Source of the DNA: an uncultured Clostridia bacterium
GTDB taxonomy: Bacteria > Bacillota > Clostridia > Oscillospirales > Acutalibacteraceae
Assembly (NCBI GenBank): GCA_947631705.1
Contig: CANRMJ010000003.1
Coordinates: 6,566 to 70,565, forward strand
DNA length: 64,000 bases
Reading direction: 5' to 3'
How positions within the stretch are numbered: position 1 is the stretch's first letter; each line of letters starts with the position of its first letter. A model generated the notes under the pieces. The model saw only the letters and a program-made list of their open reading frames with translations. It was not told where the DNA came from and ran no database searches. This document shows, in pieces, positions 46,027 through 55,589 of the stretch. Both the position numbers and the translations under genes were made by a program.

Positions 46027-47274
46027 ATGGAAAGAACCGTACTGCATATAGATTGCAATAAATTTTATGCGTCTGTTGAATGTTTGCACAGACCGGAAAT
46101 CAGAGATAAGCCCGTTGCGGTCGGCGGCAGCGAGGAATCGCGCCACGGAATCATTTTAACGAAAAACGAGATTGCCGCAAAATACGGCTTGAAAACAGGC
46201 GAACCGCTGTGGCAGGCAAGAATGAAATGCCCCGATTTAATAGTTGTGCCTCCGAATTTTCCGCTTTATGTGCGTTTTTCAAATATGGCAAAAAATATTT
46301 ACAGAGATTATTCGGATTTGATAGAACCGTTTGGGCTTGACGAAAACTGGGTGGATGTTACGGGCTCTGCGAAAACGGGAGAGAGTATTGCCTATGAAAT
46401 AAAGGAGCGTGTGAAGGCGGAGCTTGGAATAACCGTGAGCGTGGGTGTTTCGTGGAACAAAGTTTTTGCAAAATTCGGTTCGGATTATAAAAAGCCCGAT
46501 GCGGTAACGGTTATCAACCGTGATAATTACCGCGATATAGTTTGGAAAAGTCCCTGCGGGGATCTGCTCTATGTTGGACCCGCAACCGCAAGAAAACTCA
46601 ACTCTTACGGAATTTACACGATAGGCGAACTCGCTTCGGCGAATATTGATTTTTTGACTTCGATATTCGGCAAAAACGGAGAAATACTGCATAATTTTTC
46701 AAACGGACTTGACAGCTCGCCCGTTCGGCACGAGGATGATGAACGGGCGATTAAAAGCGTTGGAAATTCAACCACAACTCCGCGCGATATGGTAAACGAC
46801 GAAGATGTTAAAACCGTTTTTACGGTTTTGGGAGAGAGTGTTGCGCGCAGACTGAGGGAACAGGGACTTCGCGGAAAAACTGTTACGATAACGCTGCGTG
46901 ATAAAAATCTTTATCATTTCACAAGACAGGGTCAGATGAAAGCGCACACCGATGTTTCATCTGAAATAATAGAAACGGCAATTAAAATTTTTTCCGAAAA
47001 CTACAAATGGAGAAATCCGCTGCGCAGTGTGGGAATATCTGTATCGGGCTTTGACATTGACGAAGCGGTTCAGCTTGATTTATCGGGCTCTGTTGAAAAA
47101 AGAGATAAGCTTGAAAAGCTCGAAAACGCTGTTGATATTATAAGACGTCGTTTCGGTAATTATTCCGTGCAGAGGGCGTCGATGCTCAAAAACACCGATT
47201 TGAGCCGCTTTAATCCGCACGATGACCACACGATCCACCCGTTGGGGTACTTTAAAGAATATAAGGAGATATGA
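46027..47274 (+). CDS. dinB: Y-family DNA polymerase IV
   Basis: Motifs LHIDCNKFYASVE, PVAVGG, S.DE..LDVT and SVG.S.NK..AK. 415 aa. Confidence 0.9.
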   Translation: MERTVLHIDCNKFYASVECLHRPEIRDKPVAVGGSEESRHGIILTKNEIAAKYGLKTGEPLWQARMKCPDLIVVPPNFPLYVRFSNMAKNIYRDYSDLIEPFGLDENWVDVTGSAKTGESIAYEIKERVKAELGITVSVGVSWNKVFAKFGSDYKKPDAVTVINRDNYRDIVWKSPCGDLLYVGPATARKLNSYGIYTIGELASANIDFLTSIFGKNGEILHNFSNGLDSSPVRHEDDERAIKSVGNSTTTPRDMVNDEDVKTVFTVLGESVARRLREQGLRGKTVTITLRDKNLYHFTRQGQMKAHTDVSSEIIETAIKIFSENYKWRNPLRSVGISVSGFDIDEAVQLDLSGSVEKRDKLEKLENAVDIIRRRFGNYSVQRASMLKNTDLSRFNPHDDHTIHPLGYFKEYKEI

Positions 47275-47280
47275 TGAATT

Positions 47281-47511
47281 ATGAGAAATTATGTTGAGGT
47301 AATTGCGCATTTTGATACAGACGGAAATATTTTTCCTAAGAAAATCAAATCCGAGGGCGAATGGTATGAGGTGGACAGGGTTATGGATATACGCCCCGCC
47401 GCTTCGCTCAAATCGGGAGGGGCGGGAATACGTTACGCCTGCACCGTAAACGGCAGACCGAGCTATCTTTTTTTAGAGGAAACAAGGTGGTTTGCAGAAC
47501 TTATTGAGTAG
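47281..47511 (+). CDS. Small hypothetical protein translationally coupled to dinB
   Basis: 76-aa ORF starting 6 nt after the dinB stop. Beta-rich sequence (EWYEVDRVMDIRPAASLKSGGAGIRYACTVNGRPSYLFLEETRWF). I recognise no family. Confidence 0.6.
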   Translation: MRNYVEVIAHFDTDGNIFPKKIKSEGEWYEVDRVMDIRPAASLKSGGAGIRYACTVNGRPSYLFLEETRWFAELIE

Positions 47512-47517
47512 TAATTA

Positions 47518-47546
47518 TTGCAAAATTCGTCTGATAGTGGTAAAAT
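47518..47546 (+). promoter_or_regulatory. Putative sigma-A promoter (extended -10)
   Basis: TTGCAA, 17 nt (ending in TGg), then TAAAAT. Confidence 0.5.
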
Positions 47547-47579
47547 AGCACCATTCTGATTATTACGGAGGATGAAGAG

Positions 47580-48839
47580 ATGGCAAAGCTTTACCGCGAA
47601 ATGACGGCAGAAGAATTGAAAAATGAGCAGAAAGAGCTTCTTGAACGCTACAACTGCTTTAAGGCAAAGGGCTTAAAGCTCGATATGAGCCGAGGCAAGC
47701 CCGGAGCCGATCAGCTTGATTTGTCTAACGGGTTGAATGATATAAAAGATTATGTTGCGGACGGCGTTGACCTTAGAAATTACGGTATGCTTGACGGAAT
47801 ACCGAGCTGCAAGCGCCTTTTTGCGGATTTAATGGGCGTTGAGGCAAAAAATGTTATAGTAGGGCCAAACGCGAGTCTTACACTGATGTTTGATTATATA
47901 AGCCAGTGTTTTACCCACGGAGCAGGCGATAAGGCGTGGTGCGGTCTGCCCGAGGTTAAATTTCTCTGTCCTGTTCCGGGATATGACCGCCATTTTACCA
48001 TTCTTGAATATTTCGGAATTAAAATGATTAACATTGAGATGAAAAATGACGGTCCCGATATGGATGCTGTTGAAGAATATATCAATGACGAATCTGTTAA
48101 AGGTATGTTTTGTGTTCCGAAATATTCAAATCCGCAGGGCATAACTTACAGTGATGAAACGGTAAGGCGCATTGCGGCTTTAAAGCCCGCGGCAAAGGAT
48201 TTCAGAATTATATGGGATAACGCCTATTGTATTCACGATTTGGATGATAACGGAGATGAGTTGCTCAATATTTTTGACATTCTGCCGCAGTACGGCAACG
48301 AAGATATGGTTGTTGAAGTGGTGTCCACCTCCAAAGTAACATTCCCCGGAGCGGGTGTTTCCGCCATTATAGCGAGCGATAACAATATTGCCGAAATCAA
48401 AAAGCGTCTAAACGCGCAGACGATAAGCTATGATAAAATGAATCAGCACCGCCACGTTGAATTTTTCAAAAACGCAGACGGTGTACGCGCTCATATGAAA
48501 AAGCACGCTGCTATACTCAAGCCGAAATTTGATATTGTTTTAAAGCATTTCCAAAACGAGCTTTCAGGCAGAGGAATAGCGGAATGGTTCAATCCAAAGG
48601 GCGGATATTTCATAAGCCTTAACGTTATGGAGGGCTGCGCCAAAAGAGTTGGCGAGCTCTGCAAGAGCGCGGGAGTAACGCTTACAACCGTTGGCGCAAC
48701 ATATCCGTACGGAAATGATGAAAAAGACAGCAATATACGCATTGCTCCGAGTTTTCCGCCTGTTGATGAGCTTAATCTTGCGGCGGAGCTGCTTTGCATA
48801 TGCGTTCGCCTTGCCTGCATAGAAAAGCTGCTCGGGTAA
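47580..48839 (+). CDS. Class I/II PLP-dependent aminotransferase
   Basis: 419 aa with LDMSRGKP, N.AY and STSK (Schiff-base Lys context). Substrate specificity cannot be read from the sequence. Confidence 0.75.
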   Translation: MAKLYREMTAEELKNEQKELLERYNCFKAKGLKLDMSRGKPGADQLDLSNGLNDIKDYVADGVDLRNYGMLDGIPSCKRLFADLMGVEAKNVIVGPNASLTLMFDYISQCFTHGAGDKAWCGLPEVKFLCPVPGYDRHFTILEYFGIKMINIEMKNDGPDMDAVEEYINDESVKGMFCVPKYSNPQGITYSDETVRRIAALKPAAKDFRIIWDNAYCIHDLDDNGDELLNIFDILPQYGNEDMVVEVVSTSKVTFPGAGVSAIIASDNNIAEIKKRLNAQTISYDKMNQHRHVEFFKNADGVRAHMKKHAAILKPKFDIVLKHFQNELSGRGIAEWFNPKGGYFISLNVMEGCAKRVGELCKSAGVTLTTVGATYPYGNDEKDSNIRIAPSFPPVDELNLAAELLCICVRLACIEKLLG

Positions 48840-48848
48840 CGCCTGTTT

Positions 48849-49733
48849 ATGATATCTGTAAATAATAAAACAAAAGGTGTAATCTGCATTGTACTTTCGG
48901 CTGTCTGTTTTACGGGAATGAACGCGTTTGTCAGACTTTCGGGAGATATACCAACATTTCAAAAAGTGTTTTTCAGAAATTTTGTGGCAATGTTTTTTGC
49001 ACTTTTTGTACTTATAAGGTCAAAATCGAGTTTTCTGCCAAAGAAAGGCTGCCTGAAATATCATATTATCCGTTCTGTTGTTGGGCTTTTGGGCGTTTTC
49101 GGCAACTTTTACGCGCTTGATAAAATAGAGCTTTCCGACGCGTCCATGCTCAATAAAATGAGCCCTTTTTTTGCTCTTATATTTTCCGCGATTTTTATAA
49201 AAGAAAAGGTTAAACCCAAGCAGGCAATCGCGATAGCGGTGGCGTTTATGGGGGCTCTTTTTATAATAAAGCCGTCATTCGGAAATGAAAATCTGATTGC
49301 GTCCGCAATCGGCTTTTTCGGAGGAATGTGCGCGGGCGGAGCCTACACCGCGGTACGAAAGCTGGGAATTATGGGAGAAAACGGCAGTCTTATCGTTTTT
49401 TTCTTTTCGGCATTTTCAACAGTTGTAACGGCGCCTAACCTTATTTTTAACTATCATCATATGGAACCTGCTCAGCTTGCGGCTTTGCTCGCGGCGGGAG
49501 TCTGCGCGGCGGGAGGACAGTTTTCAATAACCGCGGCATACAAGTTTGCGCCGAGCCGTGAGATTTCGGTTTATGATTATTCGCAGGTTGTTTTTGCGGC
49601 GATAGCCGGATACTTCATATTCGGAGATGTTCCCGATGCTCTGTCTTTTGTGGGTTATATTATTATCTGTTCAATGGCTGTTTGGATGTTTATATACAAC
49701 AACAGGCGGCATACTCAAAAAAGTGAAAATTAA
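48849..49733 (+). CDS. DMT-superfamily (EamA-type) transporter
   Basis: Ten hydrophobic segments in two EamA-like halves. Confidence 0.75.
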   Translation: MISVNNKTKGVICIVLSAVCFTGMNAFVRLSGDIPTFQKVFFRNFVAMFFALFVLIRSKSSFLPKKGCLKYHIIRSVVGLLGVFGNFYALDKIELSDASMLNKMSPFFALIFSAIFIKEKVKPKQAIAIAVAFMGALFIIKPSFGNENLIASAIGFFGGMCAGGAYTAVRKLGIMGENGSLIVFFFSAFSTVVTAPNLIFNYHHMEPAQLAALLAAGVCAAGGQFSITAAYKFAPSREISVYDYSQVVFAAIAGYFIFGDVPDALSFVGYIIICSMAVWMFIYNNRRHTQKSEN

Positions 49734-49748
49734 ATCAATATATTGTGT
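49733..49748 (+). promoter_or_regulatory. NrdR-box candidate 1
   Basis: AATCAATATATTGTGT against the recalled consensus acaCwAtATaTwGtgt (14/16). Confidence 0.45.
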
Positions 49749-49760
49749 AAAGTAAAAATA

Positions 49761-49789
49761 CTTGCATTTCTCTATATCTTGTGTTATAA
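49761..49789 (+). promoter_or_regulatory. Putative sigma-A promoter of nrdR (extended -10)
   Basis: TTGCAT, 17 nt (ending in TGt), then TATAAT. Confidence 0.55.
49768..49783 (+). promoter_or_regulatory. NrdR-box candidate 2, inside the promoter spacer
   Basis: TCTCTATATCTTGTGT (13/16 to the recalled consensus), 35 bp downstream of box 1. Confidence 0.4.
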
Positions 49790-49896
49790 TATAAAAAGCC
49801 GAAATTTGCGCAGGTAAATTTTGGCAAACTCAAAAAGAGAAAAACACTCCGTTTGAGCAGACCCGGCATAATTTTTATAAAAAAGAGGGAATTGTA

Positions 49897-50340
49897 ATGA
49901 GATGTCCGTTTTGCGGTTGTGAGGAAAGCAGAGTTATAGATTCAAGACCGACAGACGAAAACGAACGGATTCGCCGCCGCAGAGAGTGTATTCATTGCGG
50001 AAAGCGTTTTACAACTTATGAAACGATAGAAGATGTGCCGATAATCGTTATTAAAAAAGATAAAAGCCGTGAGGTTTTTGACCGCAACAAGATTTTAAAG
50101 GGAATGCTGCGCGCTTGCGAAAAACGCCCTGTAACATCTTCTGAGCTTGAATCCGCAATTTCACAGATCGAGGCAACACTCCAAAGTGCAACAGACAGAG
50201 AGGTTACGAGCGTTCGTATAGGCGAGCTTATTATGGAAAAGCTGCGTGATATAGACGAGGTTGCATATGTTCGATTTGCGTCTGTTTACAAGGAATTTGA
50301 TTCCGCGTCATCGTTCGTAGAAGAAATATCAAAGTTGTAA
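49897..50340 (+). CDS. nrdR: Transcriptional repressor NrdR
   Basis: MRCPFCG...S.V.DSR, the zinc ribbon C..CG.RFTT.E, and an ATP-cone. Confidence 0.95.
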   Translation: MRCPFCGCEESRVIDSRPTDENERIRRRRECIHCGKRFTTYETIEDVPIIVIKKDKSREVFDRNKILKGMLRACEKRPVTSSELESAISQIEATLQSATDREVTSVRIGELIMEKLRDIDEVAYVRFASVYKEFDSASSFVEEISKL

Positions 50341-50358
50341 AAATTTTATATGCAAATG

Positions 50359-50397
50359 CAGCGGCACAAAGGCGTTTTGCCCTTGTGCCGCTGTTTT
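50359..50397. terminator. Terminator hairpin shared by the convergent genes nrdR and GT4
   Basis: CAGCGGCACAAAGG-cgttttg-CCCTTGTGCCGCTG followed by TTTT on the plus strand. Confidence 0.75.
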
Positions 50398-50408
50398 CGG
50401 ATATCTGT

Positions 50409-51608
50409 TTAATATTTGTATTCGTCGTTGCTTTTTCCCTCGGAGTAGAATTCGTTGATAACCTTTTTATATCTCTCAAAGGCTCGTTCAACGGCATCCT
50501 CCCAGCTTATGTATATATTATCTCTCGCTCCTAAACCAACTTTGCTCAAAAGTTCTTTATCATCCATAATTTTTAGAAGAGTCTGAGCTATGCTTTCGGC
50601 GTTTTCTTCGCATAAAAATCCCGTTTTGCCGTCTTCAATGCCCTCGGCGGCACATGAATTTTTAATTAAGAGCGATGGGGTGGCGCAGGATGCGGCTTCC
50701 CTTACAACAAGACCGTTTGTGTCAAATGTTGACGGGAAAAGCAGTAAATCGGAAACGCCGTAATAGCTTTGTAAAAGCTCACGGTCGAGAACCTTTCCCG
50801 CCCAAACTATTTTATCCGCTATACCTGAAAATTTGTAATACAATTTTACAGCCGTTTCATCGGCTCCGAAGCCGAGCATAATAAGTCTGAAATCCTTGCC
50901 GCTTTTTTTAAGTATTTTGCACGCGTCAATAATAAGACGAAGGTTTTTATACCAAATCATACGTCCGGCGTAAATAAAAATCGGAATATTTTCGGGCAGC
51001 TTGTGTTTTTTTCTTATATTATCGGTAAGCTCTTTCGGAACGTCTGTTTTAGGCATATCGCAGCCGTTTGGCATAACAACGTATTCCCCGGTGTATCCGA
51101 TTTTTCTCAGGCTTTCGGCGGTGCCTTCGCTTGTTATCCAAACCTCGTCGGCGGAATTAATATTGTTAAGCAGGAATTTTCGGGCAAATTCTTTGCCGCG
51201 CTTTGTGGGAACTCTTTTATTTATATCGTATTCATATTTGGTATGGTAGGTAAGTATTGTCGGAATACGTTTTTTCCTGTTTACAAGTCTGAAATAGTAG
51301 CTTGTTGCAAGCGGCGCATGGCTGTGTAGCAAATCAAATTTTTTGTTTATGATATCGTAACTCAGCGATTCCTTAAAAGGCCAGCCGATACTGTAGCCCT
51401 CTCTTGACGGTATCCACCAGCTCTTATACCTGAAAATTTCATAGTTGTATTTTTCATCCTGCTGATTTGGGTTTTTAGGAGTAACCACAACAGCCTTGCA
51501 ATGCTTTTTATTAAGAATGTCCGCATAGTTTTCGGCAACCTTGCTTATTCCGTCGGTAGTTGGCGGGAAAGCGTCGGTTCCAACAGCAATTTTCAATTCT
51601 TTATCCAT
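50409..51608 (-). CDS. Family 4 (GT-B) glycosyltransferase
   Basis: C-terminal GT4 pattern (LLFPSTFDTNGLVVREAASCATP). The ATG at 51608 follows GGAGAG and is preferred over the track start at 51635. Confidence 0.8.
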   Translation of the reverse strand: MDKELKIAVGTDAFPPTTDGISKVAENYADILNKKHCKAVVVTPKNPNQQDEKYNYEIFRYKSWWIPSREGYSIGWPFKESLSYDIINKKFDLLHSHAPLATSYYFRLVNRKKRIPTILTYHTKYEYDINKRVPTKRGKEFARKFLLNNINSADEVWITSEGTAESLRKIGYTGEYVVMPNGCDMPKTDVPKELTDNIRKKHKLPENIPIFIYAGRMIWYKNLRLIIDACKILKKSGKDFRLIMLGFGADETAVKLYYKFSGIADKIVWAGKVLDRELLQSYYGVSDLLLFPSTFDTNGLVVREAASCATPSLLIKNSCAAEGIEDGKTGFLCEENAESIAQTLLKIMDDKELLSKVGLGARDNIYISWEDAVERAFERYKKVINEFYSEGKSNDEYKY

Positions 51609-51815
51609 ATGTTCTCTCCGAACAAAAATTAACAAAATAATGATTTACGCTTTTTAACACAATATAGCATAATTTTTCAAAATTGTAAATTGTTTGAGAT
51701 AAAATTAATAATTCATCTGAATATCGGCGGGAAAATACTGCCAAAATATTATATAAAAATATTGTTTTTAGTATTGAAATATTTTATAATAGATTTCATT
51801 GGGAGGTGCTGAAAA

Positions 51816-52781
51816 ATGGCGGCAGGTTATTCTGTTTCGCTTCAGAAGATTATTGATAATCATTCGCTTGAAGTTATCTATCTTCCGAGGGACGCAAGCG
51901 ATATACTTGTGGAAACAAACGAAATAAATCGACCGGGAATAGTGCTCATGGGTTACAAGGACTATTTTGATCCGCTCAGAATACAGATTTTGGGGTGGAC
52001 CGAAATAGGTTGCCTTGAGGATATGAACAGCGAGGAAAGAACTAAGGCTCTTAATTGCTGGCTCGGACTTAATCCGGCGGCAGTTGTTATCACACGAGGG
52101 CTGAATATTCCGGATTATTTTGAAAAGGCGTGCAGGGAGCATGAAATTCCGCTGCTGCGCACGGGAGAGGAAACATCTTCGTTCCTTGCATCACTTATTC
52201 AATACCTCAACACAAGCCTTGCTCCAAGAATTACAAGGCACGGTGTTTTGTGTGAGGTTTACGGCGAGGGAGTGCTGATTATAGGCGAAAGCGGCGCCGG
52301 AAAATCGGAAACGGCTGTTGAGCTTATCAAACGAGGGCACAGACTTATTGCAGACGACGCTGTTGAAATCAGAAAAACCGACGCTCACACGCTTATAGGC
52401 GCGTCGCCAAATAATATTCGTCATTTTATTGAGCTGCGCGGTATAGGCATTATCAATGCGCGCCGCCTGTTTGGTATGGGAGCCGTTAAAGCATCTGAAA
52501 AAATCAATATGGTTATTCAGCTTGAGCCGTGGGATTCCTCTAAGGCATACGACAGGCTGGGTATAGACAGCGAATACACCAAAATTCTTGATGTGAAAAT
52601 TCCCGTGATAACCGTTCCTATTAATCCGGGAAGAAACCTTGCTGTTATTATTGAGACGGCGGCTATGAACAACCGACAGAAAAAAATGGGTTATAACGCC
52701 GCAAGAGAGCTTATGGCGGGGCTTGGTATGGATGATTTTGAGCCCGCCGAAAAAGAGCTTGAAATATGGAAAAATTCATAA
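51816..52781 (+). CDS. hprK: HPr kinase/phosphorylase
   Basis: Motifs GVL..V.G.GVLI.GESGAGKSE.A.ELI.RGH.L.ADD and ELRG.GI. Confidence 0.95.
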   Translation: MAAGYSVSLQKIIDNHSLEVIYLPRDASDILVETNEINRPGIVLMGYKDYFDPLRIQILGWTEIGCLEDMNSEERTKALNCWLGLNPAAVVITRGLNIPDYFEKACREHEIPLLRTGEETSSFLASLIQYLNTSLAPRITRHGVLCEVYGEGVLIIGESGAGKSETAVELIKRGHRLIADDAVEIRKTDAHTLIGASPNNIRHFIELRGIGIINARRLFGMGAVKASEKINMVIQLEPWDSSKAYDRLGIDSEYTKILDVKIPVITVPINPGRNLAVIIETAAMNNRQKKMGYNAARELMAGLGMDDFEPAEKELEIWKNS

Positions 52782-52844
52782 AATAAAAAAATTAAAAATT
52801 CTTAGGCTGCCGACGGCGGCATAGCAAAAAACGGGAGGAAAATT

Positions 52845-53801
52845 ATGCTTAGAATAGGAATTGATTTGGGAGGCACAAACATAGTTGCCTCTGTTGTGAA
52901 CGATGAATATAAAATACTCGGAACGGGAAAGACGCCAACAAACGTTCCACGGTCGCCGGAGGAAATATTTGACGATATAGCCGCCGTTTGCCGCGAGGCT
53001 ATGGAAAAGGCGGGAGTTTCCATTGCGGAAATAGCGTCGGTGGGAATGGGCACGCCTGGCACTGTGAACAGCGACGGGGTTATTGAATTTGCAAACAATC
53101 TCGGCTTTAACAATCTGCCTGCAAAGGATATGCTCAAAGAGCGCCTCGGCAACATTCCCGTTTTTATTGATAATGACGCAAACTGCGCCGCTCTCGGAGA
53201 GGCTTACGCTGGCTGCGGCAACGGAGCTAAAAATTTTGTTGCCGTAACACTCGGAACAGGCGTAGGTTCGGGTATCATAGTAGACGGTAAAATTGTGAGC
53301 GGTGTAAACAACGCAGGCGGAGAATGCGGGCATATGGTTATTATGACAGATGGCGAACCCTGCACCTGCGGGCGCAGGGGCTGTTGGGAGGCATACGCGT
53401 CTGCAACGGCACTTATTCGCCAAACAAAAGCCGCTATGGCGGAGTATCCCGATTCGATTATGCATGAAATTGCCAAGGAGGAGGGCAAGGTCAGCGGCAG
53501 AACATCGTTTGACGCTATGAGAAAGGGAGATATTGCGGCTATAAAAGTTGTTAATAATTACATAAAATATGTTGCCTGCGGTCTTATCAATCTTGTTAAT
53601 GCGCTCCAGCCGGAAATAATCTGTGTGGGCGGCGGCATCTGCAATGAGGGCGAAACACTTTTAAAGCCTTTGCGTCGTTATGTTCAGGCGGAGAGATATT
53701 CGATACACAGTAAAATACAAACAAAAATAATGAAAGCGGAACTCGGAAACGACGCAGGCGTAATAGGCGCCGCGCTTCTCGGCTCCGTTAAGCAGCGGTG
53801 A
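52845..53801 (+). CDS. glcK: ROK-family glucokinase
   Basis: Motifs IGIDLGGTN, DNDANCAALGE and the zinc motif GHM......C.CG..GC.E. Confidence 0.85.
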   Translation: MLRIGIDLGGTNIVASVVNDEYKILGTGKTPTNVPRSPEEIFDDIAAVCREAMEKAGVSIAEIASVGMGTPGTVNSDGVIEFANNLGFNNLPAKDMLKERLGNIPVFIDNDANCAALGEAYAGCGNGAKNFVAVTLGTGVGSGIIVDGKIVSGVNNAGGECGHMVIMTDGEPCTCGRRGCWEAYASATALIRQTKAAMAEYPDSIMHEIAKEEGKVSGRTSFDAMRKGDIAAIKVVNNYIKYVACGLINLVNALQPEIICVGGGICNEGETLLKPLRRYVQAERYSIHSKIQTKIMKAELGNDAGVIGAALLGSVKQR

Positions 53802-53805
53802 TATT

Positions 53806-54705
53806 TTGAAAGAGTTAATTAAGCTTGCCGAAAAACTGAATATAAGATACTGTGAAAACGAACCGATGAAAAATCACACAACATTTAAAATCGGCGGCAA
53901 CGCGGCGCTTATGGTATTTCCCAAAAGCGAGGGGCACGTTTCCGAAATAGTGAAATGCTGCCGGGCGAACGGTATAAGACTTGTGGTGATGGGTAACGGT
54001 TCAAATCTCCTTGTGTCCGATAAAGGAATAGACGCCTGTGTTATGTGTATGGACGATGATTTTTCGGATATAAGGCTGATTGATGAAGAAACGGTTTTTG
54101 CTCAGAGCGGCGCAATGCTTATGAAAGTGTGCCGTTTCGCTCTTGAGCATGAACTGTCAGGACTTGAATTTGCCTATGGAATTCCCGGCTCTTGCGGCGG
54201 CGCGGCTTTTATGAACGCAGGCGCTTACGGCGGCGAGATGAAAGACGTTTTAATAAGATGCTCACATATAGACGAAAACGGCGAATCGGGCAGTCTTAAC
54301 GGTGATTCAATGCGTCTTTCCTACCGCCATTCGGCATATTATGAGAACGGCTGCATAATCACGGGAATTTATTTAAAACTGAAAAAAGGAAAAAGGGAAG
54401 AAATCAAGTCAAAAATGGAAGATCTTCTCGGACGCCGAAAGGAAAAACAGCCGCTTGAATATCCAAGTGCGGGTTCAACGTTTAAACGGCCAACGGGTTA
54501 TTTTGCGGGCGCGCTGATAGAGGAATGCGGACTGAAAGGAAAAAGCGTGGGAGGAGCTCAGGTGAGCGAAAAGCACGCCGGCTTTGTTATAAACAGGGGC
54601 GGAGCCACCTGCACCGATGTGTTGGAGCTCTGCCGTATATGCAGTGAAACGGTTAAGGATAAAAAAGGCGTAAGTCTGGAAATGGAAATAAGGGTAACAG
54701 AGTAA
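53806..54705 (+). CDS. murB: UDP-N-acetylenolpyruvoylglucosamine reductase
   Basis: Motifs HTTFKIGG, GNGSN.L, GAG..G, PSAGS.FK and GGA.VS.KHA.F. TTG start. Confidence 0.9.
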   Translation: MKELIKLAEKLNIRYCENEPMKNHTTFKIGGNAALMVFPKSEGHVSEIVKCCRANGIRLVVMGNGSNLLVSDKGIDACVMCMDDDFSDIRLIDEETVFAQSGAMLMKVCRFALEHELSGLEFAYGIPGSCGGAAFMNAGAYGGEMKDVLIRCSHIDENGESGSLNGDSMRLSYRHSAYYENGCIITGIYLKLKKGKREEIKSKMEDLLGRRKEKQPLEYPSAGSTFKRPTGYFAGALIEECGLKGKSVGGAQVSEKHAGFVINRGGATCTDVLELCRICSETVKDKKGVSLEMEIRVTE

Positions 54706-55571
54706 TGGAAAATAAGGAACTTGTTATAATCACCGGCGTTTCGGGCGCCGGAAAATCAACCGCAATCGGATTTATGGAGGATGTTGGATATTATTGCATA
54801 GATAATATGCCGCCTATGCTTTTGAACACGTTTCTTGAGCTGCTGTCTACACACGAGGCGCGCAGCAAAATCGCGGTGGTTGTTGATATAAGGTCAACAG
54901 AAAATTTCGACTCGATACTTGAGGCGATAAAAGATTCGGAAAGGCTCGGATACGACGCGAGAGTTGTATATCTTGATATAAAAACACATATTGCGCTGAA
55001 ACGTTATAAACTAACAAGGAGAAAACATCCTTTTTCAGACCGCTTTAACGGAGATATTACACGCGCGCTTGAATATGAAAGAACGATACTCAGCCCGCTG
55101 CGCTCAAACGCGGACTATGTGATAGACACCTCGGATATTTCGGGTAATCAACTCAGAAACCGCCTTACGCAGATACTTTTAGGCGGCGACAGAGACGTTA
55201 TGAATATCCACGTTATGTCTTTTGGATTTAAGCACGGAATACCAACCGAAGCCGATTTTGTTATAGATGTGAGATGCTTGCCGAATCCTTTCTGGGTTGA
55301 AAAATTAAAAAATCAAACGGGGCTTGACGAGGATGTAAAAAATTATGTTTTTTCATTTGAAGAATCGCGCCTGTTGCTTGATAAACTGATAGATATGCTT
55401 GATTTTCTGAATCCGCTTTATATCAAAGAGGGAAAAAGCCAGATTGTGTTTGCAATCGGCTGCACGGGAGGAAATCACCGCTCTGTTGCGATAGCGGAAG
55501 CACTTAAAGAGCATTTCTCCAAAAGATGGGATAACGTTACGGTAAATCACAGGGATATAGACAGAAAATAG
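54705..55571 (+). CDS. rapZ: RNase adapter protein RapZ (YvcJ)
   Basis: Motifs ITG.SGAGKS.A, D.R and CTGG.HRSV. Confidence 0.9.
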   Translation: MENKELVIITGVSGAGKSTAIGFMEDVGYYCIDNMPPMLLNTFLELLSTHEARSKIAVVVDIRSTENFDSILEAIKDSERLGYDARVVYLDIKTHIALKRYKLTRRKHPFSDRFNGDITRALEYERTILSPLRSNADYVIDTSDISGNQLRNRLTQILLGGDRDVMNIHVMSFGFKHGIPTEADFVIDVRCLPNPFWVEKLKNQTGLDEDVKNYVFSFEESRLLLDKLIDMLDFLNPLYIKEGKSQIVFAIGCTGGNHRSVAIAEALKEHFSKRWDNVTVNHRDIDRK

Positions 55572-55589
55572 GCGGCGAAAATAAAAAAT

